Positions 57,401-64,000 of a DNA stretch of 64,000 nt are shown one piece after another. Under the pieces are notes generated by a model, which was given only the letters and a program-made list of their open reading frames with translations, had not been told where the DNA came from and did not search any database. The first letter of the stretch is position 1. Every line of letters starts with the position of its first letter. The position numbers and the translations under genes are program-made. The DNA comes from an uncultured Prevotellaceae bacterium (GTDB lineage: Bacteria > Bacteroidota > Bacteroidia > Bacteroidales > Bacteroidaceae). Location of the stretch: positions 1,750-65,749 of the forward strand of contig CAMVJU010000006.1 in the NCBI GenBank assembly GCA_947167935.1, given 5' to 3'.

Positions 57401-59246
57401 CACCGAGTATTTCCGTGTGAACCCTCATCGTCTGAATCTCGGCGTCATCGGCCTTGACCTCAAAGATGCTTCTGGCGCTCAGGTCCCTCTCTCGGCTCTC
57501 ACTGACATCCATCAGGAGCTGAAACTCTACGACGGCATTATTGAGTCATCGTGTAAGGCTGACGGACAGCCCGTTGACGTCATTACTGCCGCTTTGCAAG
57601 AAAAGGATGCTGTTATCTACCGCATCAAGTCGCCGCTGCTGAAGGACGGGCGTGCCAGCGTTAGCATCCGTTTCCCGTATCCCACAGGTAAGCATGCTGA
57701 CGATGCCGCCGACTGGACGAAGCCTGAACGTCACATATCCTGCATTGTCACCAACAACACCAATCATGCTCTTATTGAGCATATTATCGACTCAACCAAA
57801 TATTACCTTGCCCTTAGCTGGCAGGGTAATGCCACACTTAGAGAATGCGAACCCCACCACTTTGAACTTTCCACCAATGCCGATTTACTTGAGTTTGAGG
57901 CAGAATATAGCCAGCAGCCAATAGCCAACAGCCGACATCTTGTCTTCAGTCAGGAACTGAAGGCTGTCATCAAGGCTTGGAACCGTTGGTGGAATGCTGG
58001 CGGTGTTGTGGACTTTAGCCAGTGTACTGATCCAAGGGCCAAGGAGCTGGAACGCCGTGTCGTGCTCTCACAATATTTGACGCAGGTAAACTGTGCCAAC
58101 AGTCTGCCACCTCAAGAGACGGGCCTGACCTATAACTCATGGTTCGGCCGTCCTCACTTAGAGATGACTTGGTGGCACATGGTGGACTTCGCTCTTTGGG
58201 GACGTCCGCAGTCCGTTGCCACAGTCATGGATTGGTATAACACCATAGCCTATCCCATTGCTCGTCAGATAGCAGAGCGCCAGGGCTTTAAGGGCGTGCG
58301 ATGGATGAAAATGACCGACCCGTGGGCTGGCGAAGCACCATCGAACACAGGCTCGTTCCTCATTTGGCAGCAGCCACATTATATATATATGGCTGAGGAG
58401 CTGTATCGTGCCAACCCCACCGTAGCCACCTTGAAGAAGTATGCTGAGCAGGTGGAGGAGACCGCCGCCTTTATGGCTGACTTTGTAAGCTACGATAGAA
58501 AGACAAAGCGATACTTCCTGCAAGGCGAGACTGCTATGCAGGAGTCAATGTCGAAAGACTTTTCGTATAACCATCCCTTTGAACTTGCCTATTGGCAGTA
58601 CGGTCTTAGCGTAGCCAATCAGTGGCGCGAGCGTCAGGGCAAATCCCGTAACACCGAATGGGATAACATCATTAATAATATGTCGTCCCTTCCTATGAAC
58701 AAGGATGGTATATATACTGCAGGTCTGCCAAAAGGCAAGACTGAAAACCTGAAGAGTTTTGACCCCTTCGATGCCGTAGCTGCTGGTGCCGCTCCTGTCG
58801 TCTCGACGGAGACCTTTGAAGAAAAATGTCGCAACGACCATCCTGCCGTCCTCGGCCCCTTTGGTATGCTGCCCGCCAGTTCTGTATGTTGCGATAGTAT
58901 CGCAATAAACAAAACTCTCGATTGGGTGATGCAGAATTGGAATTGGGCCACCACCTGGGGGTGGGATTACGGTATGACAGCCATGGCCGCCGCTCGCCTA
59001 AACCAACCAGAGACGGCTCTCAAGGCCCTGCTCATTGACACACAGAAGAATACCTATCTGAAGAACGGGCACAACTTCCAGACCTCCGACCGTCTGCGCA
59101 TCTACTTGCCAGGTAATGGCGCCCTGCTCACCGCCGTAGCAATGATGTGCGCTGGCTGGGATGGTTGCACGAATCCTTACGACCCAGGCTTTCCTCAGGA
59201 CGGCACATGGAACGTGCGCTGGGAGGGCCTTCAACGAATGCAATAA
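54432..59246 (+). CDS. Tri-modular pectinase: GH28 + GH105 + uncharacterised six-hairpin-like domain
   Basis: GH28: NGDG, GDD, GHG, RIK. GH105: LDNI, WLDGIFM, WGRAQGW, YLEST. Third module from IDRKAVVSRNNP to WEGL. Confidence 0.85.
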   Translation: MRKFLSLLLLTLLASFSVQANEWDAVVYQQIEQSIQVPQISGKDYLITKFGARPDASAADNQKAIQKAIDKCAKKGGGRVVVPAGQTFLTAAIHLKSHVDLHIEEGATLLFAFKPDLYPIVETTWEGLDCFNLSPCIYANGQTDIAITGKGVIDGGGSNEAWWPWVGVAHFGWKEGGISQSREARPRLLRCGEDGVPMRDEQGQPVRERSFGPQDGLRPQLVNFYQCQRVLIEDVTLLDSPFWVIHPLRSTDVTVRRVHINNAGPNGDGCDPESCDRVLIEDCFFNTGDDCIAIKSGRNRDGREHAMPSQNIIIRNCEMKNGHGGVVIGSEISGGAKNIFAHDCVMDSPNLDRVLRIKTNSCRGGIIENIYVKDIKVGQCGESVLKINLDYDHNEICCRGNFPTVRNVLMENVTCEKSKYGVQIIGLDDDTFVYDIDVRNCRFNGVQQGNFQSGKVRDVRFDKLYVNGSLVLNEKPYKHYSEWMTYSEMQRVPESYLLDFSSKPKWSYVMGIELESMLDTYLRYGGEDIRNYCQLYTDTMINARGDIRGYNILDYNLDNIRTGHFVTRMYQQWPEEKNLLAMKTMMKQLQDQPRTKADKVFWHKAIYAYQVWLDGIFMGLPYRVLTAPIILNNTQKKRGEDYKIYNDAVEQLKTTYERTLDPKTGLNRHAYDETRKAFWSDSITGLSQHCWGRAQGWYTMALIEVLDALPEEYARRSEVIDLLKKDLDAVIKWQDKKSGVWYQVMDSPGREGNYLESTCSAMFTYVLLKAYRKGYVGTKYRDAGIKAYRGIINNFIRVNDDKTISLTNCCSVAGLGPAATDEVIAAMKQVNPKGSVKENRRRDGGYAYYLSEPIRDNDAKGLGPFIWASLEMEMMGYDTDNVMQPIDRKAVVSRNNPIITEADPLASLTVGNGHFATTVDVTGLQSFPFEYRGGVPLTAMSDWGWHKLENTEGLTPADSWKTVDLGHGHSELYAVEYKASKSDAARNVAATEYFRVNPHRLNLGVIGLDLKDASGAQVPLSALTDIHQELKLYDGIIESSCKADGQPVDVITAALQEKDAVIYRIKSPLLKDGRASVSIRFPYPTGKHADDAADWTKPERHISCIVTNNTNHALIEHIIDSTKYYLALSWQGNATLRECEPHHFELSTNADLLEFEAEYSQQPIANSRHLVFSQELKAVIKAWNRWWNAGGVVDFSQCTDPRAKELERRVVLSQYLTQVNCANSLPPQETGLTYNSWFGRPHLEMTWWHMVDFALWGRPQSVATVMDWYNTIAYPIARQIAERQGFKGVRWMKMTDPWAGEAPSNTGSFLIWQQPHYIYMAEELYRANPTVATLKKYAEQVEETAAFMADFVSYDRKTKRYFLQGETAMQESMSKDFSYNHPFELAYWQYGLSVANQWRERQGKSRNTEWDNIINNMSSLPMNKDGIYTAGLPKGKTENLKSFDPFDAVAAGAAPVVSTETFEEKCRNDHPAVLGPFGMLPASSVCCDSIAINKTLDWVMQNWNWATTWGWDYGMTAMAAARLNQPETALKALLIDTQKNTYLKNGHNFQTSDRLRIYLPGNGALLTAVAMMCAGWDGCTNPYDPGFPQDGTWNVRWEGLQRMQ

Positions 59247-59277
59247 AAACAAACTATCTAACAAATCTCCAAAACAA

Positions 59278-61029
59278 ATGAAACACTTTCTACTGATTTT
59301 ATCATTTATCATTTGTCATTTATTATTTAGCAGCGTAGCTGCGCAGACACCAGCCTTCCCCGGAGCTGAAGGCCACGGACGCTACGTCACTGGCGGACGT
59401 GAGGGCGTGGTGCGCCACGTCACCAACCTTAACGACTCTGGAACGGGCTCGTTCCGTTCAGCCGTCCAAGGCTCAACTAAGAAAATCGTCGTCTTCGATG
59501 TAGGTGGTGTTATTGCTTTAAAGAGTAATGTGAATATCGGCGCCAATACTACTATCATGGGGCAGACGGCGCCCGCACCGGGTATTACCCTGCGCTACTA
59601 TTCCGTAAATCCTAATGGTAATAATATCGTGATGCGCTTCATCCGTATTCGTCGCGGACAGGAAAAGGATGTCAACGACGGAGCTGATGCCAGCACGGCA
59701 CGCCACTATACGGGGATGATACTCGACCACTGCTCGCTCTCGTGGAGCATTGATGAGGTGGCCTCGTTCTACGACAACAACAACTTCACCATGCAGTGGT
59801 GCACTATCGGCGAGAGCCTTTGCAACGCAGGTCATGGAAAAGGTGCTCATGGCTATGGCGGCATCTGGGGTGGCAAGCTGGCCTCGTTCCACCATAACCT
59901 CATCCTGCATGTAGCCAATCGCTCGCCGCGTTTTAACGGTGCCCGCTATAATTGGGCGGACTACAAAAAGAATCTGCTCTTCAGCGAATACAATTGGGAG
60001 AATACCCTGCAAGCTGAGAATGTGGACTTCCGCAACTGTGTGGTCTACAACGTCGACGGCTGTTATGGTGGTCCCGGCGGTGGAAAGGTTAATATGGTGG
60101 GCAACTACTACAAGAGTGGTCCCGCCGCTACCATCCAAAAGCTGACGCAGGTCACTGTAGCTGCTGATGGTAATGCAGGTAACGACCAGACTTTCTGGGG
60201 CATGACCAGCCGCTACTATGTCGACGGCAATACCATTGACGGTAAGGCTGCGGGTTGGGAGACCTTCCGCTATGACAATGGCACCATTGAGCGTGACGGC
60301 AAGCGTTGGTCTAAAGACCCCAATCACTACAACGGTGCCGATGAGGAGTACATTACTGTAAATGGCACCGACTACATCTGCATGAAGCTTGACGAGGCAG
60401 GCCCCATGGGTGATATCACTACGCATACTGCTGCCAAGGCTTATCAGCTGGTTACCGCTTATGCAGGTGCTTCACTCTGCCGTGACGATGTGGATGAGCG
60501 ATATGCCAATGAAACACTGAACGGCACCTGCACTTACAAAGGCTCTGTTACCAATCAGTGGGGACGTATTGACAAGGTGAGCGACGTCAACGGCTACACC
60601 GAGGCTAACTTCGGTACTGGTAGCCGTCCTGCCGATTTCGATACCGATAAAGATGGTATGCCCGACGCATGGGAACAGGCCAACGGTCTTGACCCTGCGA
60701 AGGACGATTCCAAGCTCTACACCGTCGACGGCCAGCAGATGTACACCAACATCGAAGTGTATTGCAACAGTCTCGTGCAGCCCATTATGCTTGCCGGCAA
60801 CAGTGATGCCATCGAGGGTCAGGCTGTGCGCGACTACTATCCTGCCTATTATAATGAGCAGCAGGAGCTGGTGCCGGCTGTCAACGCTCCTATAGAGGAT
60901 GCTATCGTACTCCCGTCGGCTTCGTCATCTGTCCCTTTTCCCTTTTGCTGCAACATGCAGGGCCAGCGTGTCTCAGCCAACTACCGTGGTCTCGTTGTTC
61001 GTGAAGGACGGAAATACATATCTAAATGA
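59278..61029 (+). CDS. Pectate lyase (PL1-like) with T9SS-like tail
   Basis: AFPGAEGHG, VTNLNDSGTGSFR, DHCSLSWSIDE, RSPRF, DTDKDGMPDAWE. Confidence 0.85.
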   Translation: MKHFLLILSFIICHLLFSSVAAQTPAFPGAEGHGRYVTGGREGVVRHVTNLNDSGTGSFRSAVQGSTKKIVVFDVGGVIALKSNVNIGANTTIMGQTAPAPGITLRYYSVNPNGNNIVMRFIRIRRGQEKDVNDGADASTARHYTGMILDHCSLSWSIDEVASFYDNNNFTMQWCTIGESLCNAGHGKGAHGYGGIWGGKLASFHHNLILHVANRSPRFNGARYNWADYKKNLLFSEYNWENTLQAENVDFRNCVVYNVDGCYGGPGGGKVNMVGNYYKSGPAATIQKLTQVTVAADGNAGNDQTFWGMTSRYYVDGNTIDGKAAGWETFRYDNGTIERDGKRWSKDPNHYNGADEEYITVNGTDYICMKLDEAGPMGDITTHTAAKAYQLVTAYAGASLCRDDVDERYANETLNGTCTYKGSVTNQWGRIDKVSDVNGYTEANFGTGSRPADFDTDKDGMPDAWEQANGLDPAKDDSKLYTVDGQQMYTNIEVYCNSLVQPIMLAGNSDAIEGQAVRDYYPAYYNEQQELVPAVNAPIEDAIVLPSASSSVPFPFCCNMQGQRVSANYRGLVVREGRKYISK

Positions 61030-61082
61030 CAATCAACGATACATTTCTAATTAACCATATTATTAACCAAAAAGCAAACAGT

Positions 61083-64000
61083 ATGAAGTACAAATTACTA
61101 AGATTCTCCCTGCTGAGCATCTTTGTTATGCTTGGAGGATTCTGGGGCAACAGTGCTTGGGCCGCTGATAGGTGGGTCAAGACTGATGCTGCCAAGTTAG
61201 AGTCGGGCGATGTGGTAGCCAATGTTGACCACTTCCGCGATATCAAGGTAAATCTGACTGATGCTAGCTGGGCAGACAAGATTAATTCCAGCGGTGCTGC
61301 ATCGACAGTGTATATCACTGTAGCAGCAGACGGAACTATCGGCACAACAGAGAATGCGGACGAGGCAGCTGCTACTCTGACTGGCTATTGGCATGGAACT
61401 ACCTATGGCTGGCAGCAGTTCACCGCTTCAGTTCCTGTAGAGGGATGTGTCAAGATTACCTATGGAATGAACGACTTTGGTGGCGATGTCATTATTACAG
61501 ATGCTACAGGTAGCCAAGTAGCAAAACTGAATAATAAGGACGCAACAGGCAAGTGGAGTGCTACCAATCCTGACCAGCGCATTGCTGTGACCTATTATCG
61601 CTCTGTTCAGCCCACGACTCTCAACTTCAGCAAATGTCCTTATGTCGGTTATTTCGCTGTTGAGGCTATTGATCCCGCTGATTTGCCTGAAGAGGTAACG
61701 GTCTACAATGTTACCTTCGTTGCAGGTGAGGGTACTGGTGTTGCTCCTGCTGCTGTTGAAGTTGAGGCTGGCAATAAGATTACTGCTCCGAAGAACTACA
61801 CGCTCTATAAGGAAGGTGCCACGCTGACCGGCTGGAACGACGGTACAAACACATACGCCGTCGGTGCTGAGATTACTCCCGAGGCTGATATGACGCTGAC
61901 TGCCGTCTATACTGCCAACGAAGTAGAGCTGGCCGACCGCACGGCGGCTGTGACCATCAACTACATATTGAATGGCTACAACGATAATCCTAAGCACAAC
62001 TTCCAGGGTGGCAATGGCATCATCGTCACTCAGGCAACTGTCAATGGCAAGACCATCGACGTGAAGGCTGACGTAGATGCCACTGCCGGCAAGTTCGCAT
62101 ATAACGGTAGCGGCTGGCATCAGGTAAACACAGGCACAAAGGTTACCGTTCCTTCTTGTAAGAATGCTACCTTCGCCGTCACCACCTACAACGACGCCAC
62201 TTCTGTCAACTTCAACGGCGCTGCCGGCACGGCTGCCGACAACACCGCCACCTTCACTGCCACTGCTGACGACGCAACCCTTGAAATCTCGCAGGTTAGC
62301 AACAACTATTGGAACAATCTCACCATCACCCTTCCCGAACAGGGCGAAGAGCCTGCTGAATATGTCTACCGCGACTTCGAGATTGACCCGCTGGGCGACT
62401 TGCTGACGGCTGATGAGAAGCAGCAGGGTACAGAACTCTCGTTTGGCGTTATTGTCGCTGAGGACGGCACGCAGACTCGTGTTGCTGCCAACAATGCTGC
62501 TGCCAACGTTGTGCTGAGTGGAACCTACCACAACGACCACGGCTGGCGTAACTTCAAGGCCATCGTTCCTGTGCCGGGCTCTGTGAAGATTACAATGAGT
62601 ACCTGCAGCTGGGGAATCGGTGTCACCGTGACCGATGCCAATGGACTGCCTGTCGCTGAGTTCACTACACAGAAGGGTGAAGGCGGCTCCGGCTGTTACG
62701 GAGGTGGAAAGAGTGACGACCCGAACACCGTCTCTGCAGAATATTGGGGCGATGAAACAACGCTGACCATCAACGGCGGCGGTTATGTGAACTACTTTGC
62801 CATCGAGAAGATTGAGGGCGAAGAGCCTGTCAATAAGGACATCACCGGCACATGGACCTACAGCAATGCCGACGTGATGGCCGCTACGATGGCTCTCTCT
62901 GGCAGCAACGAGGCTGGCGAGGTGGAGGCCATGGAAAAGAACGGCCTGAAGATGATCGTCGAGGCCAATGGCGCTTCCTTCCGCAACAACGGCAACAATA
63001 TTCAGGTGCGCACGGGTGCCGTCTTCAAGATTCCTGTAAAGAACGCTGGCGACCTCATCACCGTGAAGGGCTATCCTGGCTATTCGTATTATACTATCGG
63101 CAATAGCACCGTGGAGCTGAACGACGAGAATACCTACATCGCCAAGCGCAGCGATGCCGAGGCAGGCTATGTAGCTGTCACCTCTACCAACGACAACAAC
63201 TACTATCTCTCGCTTTCTGTCGTGCAGTATGCCCCGAAGGAACTTATCACTCTCGACAATGAGCCTGCCACTGTCACGTTCCCGTTCAATGAGGGCACCG
63301 AGGGACAGACGGCAACGTTCACTAATGACGACTGGTTCCTCAACAGCAAGGTTGTTGTCGGTAGCAACTGGTTTATTAAGGACAAGAACACATACGCAAA
63401 CGCTACGGAGACCCGTCTGGAGCCTATAAACCAGCATAACGACAATCTGACTGATGACGATGCTGTCAGCTTCCTCTTCACACCGAAACCTGGCTTAGTC
63501 TTCACACCGACGAAGGTGTCGTTTAAGGCTAATCGCTTTGGTACCGACAATGGCCTGATTGATGTGTACTGGCAGAATGCTGACGGAACGACTGTAGAAC
63601 TTGAAAAGGGAATTTCTCCTGAACGCAACAATTCGAATTTGAATACCGTGAAGAGCTATGACGTCACTGGTGCAACACCCGGTGAAGGCATATGCGGAGT
63701 GAAGTTCTTCCTCTACCATCTGCAGGCTGGTAAACAGATTGGTCTTGCCGACATCGTTATCGAGGGTACACTTAGCGGCACTGAGAAGGAAGTGCCCATC
63801 CTTGCTTCGTTCAAGGTCAACGGTACTGAGTACGCTGCCGAGGATGTGTTCGGCGACCTCTATGAGGCTACGCTTGAATTGAAGAACGGCGAGGCGATGG
63901 TCAGCGCTGAGAATCCTCTCACAGACGTTACCGCTGCCAGCGGTACTGTCGGCGAGCTGACCTATGAAGGTACTGAGACTGCTTGCACCGTCACTATCCC
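61083..64000 (+). CDS. Large secreted multi-domain protein (runs off the window edge)
   Basis: Not in the ORF track; read manually. Signal peptide MKYKLLRFSLL; duplicated FRDIKVNL/YRDFEIDP module; InlB B-repeat-like YKEGATLTGW..LTAVY. Same frame at the window end. Confidence 0.8.
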   Translation, partial: MKYKLLRFSLLSIFVMLGGFWGNSAWAADRWVKTDAAKLESGDVVANVDHFRDIKVNLTDASWADKINSSGAASTVYITVAADGTIGTTENADEAAATLTGYWHGTTYGWQQFTASVPVEGCVKITYGMNDFGGDVIITDATGSQVAKLNNKDATGKWSATNPDQRIAVTYYRSVQPTTLNFSKCPYVGYFAVEAIDPADLPEEVTVYNVTFVAGEGTGVAPAAVEVEAGNKITAPKNYTLYKEGATLTGWNDGTNTYAVGAEITPEADMTLTAVYTANEVELADRTAAVTINYILNGYNDNPKHNFQGGNGIIVTQATVNGKTIDVKADVDATAGKFAYNGSGWHQVNTGTKVTVPSCKNATFAVTTYNDATSVNFNGAAGTAADNTATFTATADDATLEISQVSNNYWNNLTITLPEQGEEPAEYVYRDFEIDPLGDLLTADEKQQGTELSFGVIVAEDGTQTRVAANNAAANVVLSGTYHNDHGWRNFKAIVPVPGSVKITMSTCSWGIGVTVTDANGLPVAEFTTQKGEGGSGCYGGGKSDDPNTVSAEYWGDETTLTINGGGYVNYFAIEKIEGEEPVNKDITGTWTYSNADVMAATMALSGSNEAGEVEAMEKNGLKMIVEANGASFRNNGNNIQVRTGAVFKIPVKNAGDLITVKGYPGYSYYTIGNSTVELNDENTYIAKRSDAEAGYVAVTSTNDNNYYLSLSVVQYAPKELITLDNEPATVTFPFNEGTEGQTATFTNDDWFLNSKVVVGSNWFIKDKNTYANATETRLEPINQHNDNLTDDDAVSFLFTPKPGLVFTPTKVSFKANRFGTDNGLIDVYWQNADGTTVELEKGISPERNNSNLNTVKSYDVTGATPGEGICGVKFFLYHLQAGKQIGLADIVIEGTLSGTEKEVPILASFKVNGTEYAAEDVFGDLYEATLELKNGEAMVSAENPLTDVTAASGTVGELTYEGTETACTVTI

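Noticed and set aside
61428-63437. 669-aa minus-strand ORF
   Set aside because: Shadow of the real plus-strand gene starting at 61083.
1-64000. tRNA or rRNA genes
   Set aside because: None recognised by eye in the intergenic regions; a tRNAscan/Infernal run would be needed to exclude them.

Overview
Bacteroidales chromosome segment, most likely Prevotella/Xylanibacter-like (TAnnTTTG -7 promoter boxes, type IX secretion (T9SS)-style C-terminal tails, many pectin/glycan enzymes). Core genes: argS, rnhA, maeB, folK, panD/panC, GT5, GSIII, acyl-CoA synthetase, nucleoside kinase, menI-menF-menD, two ROK kinases, trpF. Secreted glycan enzymes sit at both ends. An accessory island of about 12.5 kb (20886-33370) lies between GSIII and a sialate O-acetylesterase. 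It carries a Fic gene, a BsmI/Mva1269I-like type IIS restriction-modification system, a DUF1016 remnant, two AAA_14/DUF4143 ATPases, DUF6078 and a VapE/VirE-type ATPase. It has no integrase and is bracketed by three copies of a 44-65 bp repeat. The most unusual signals are non-coding. (1) A mirror-symmetric, helically phased repeat region (11-bp arrays around 22-bp palindromes) between DUF6078 and VapE looks origin-like. (2) A long multi-stem RNA leader precedes the restriction endonuclease. (3) Three palindromic operators at a 33-bp period precede an AAA ATPase. (4) REP-like C/G palindromes sit in frame inside four proteins, including ArgRS. (5) More than 20 heptamer tandem tracts occur, many translated in frame inside enzymes. 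Family assignments come from motif recognition and memory; no database search was run.
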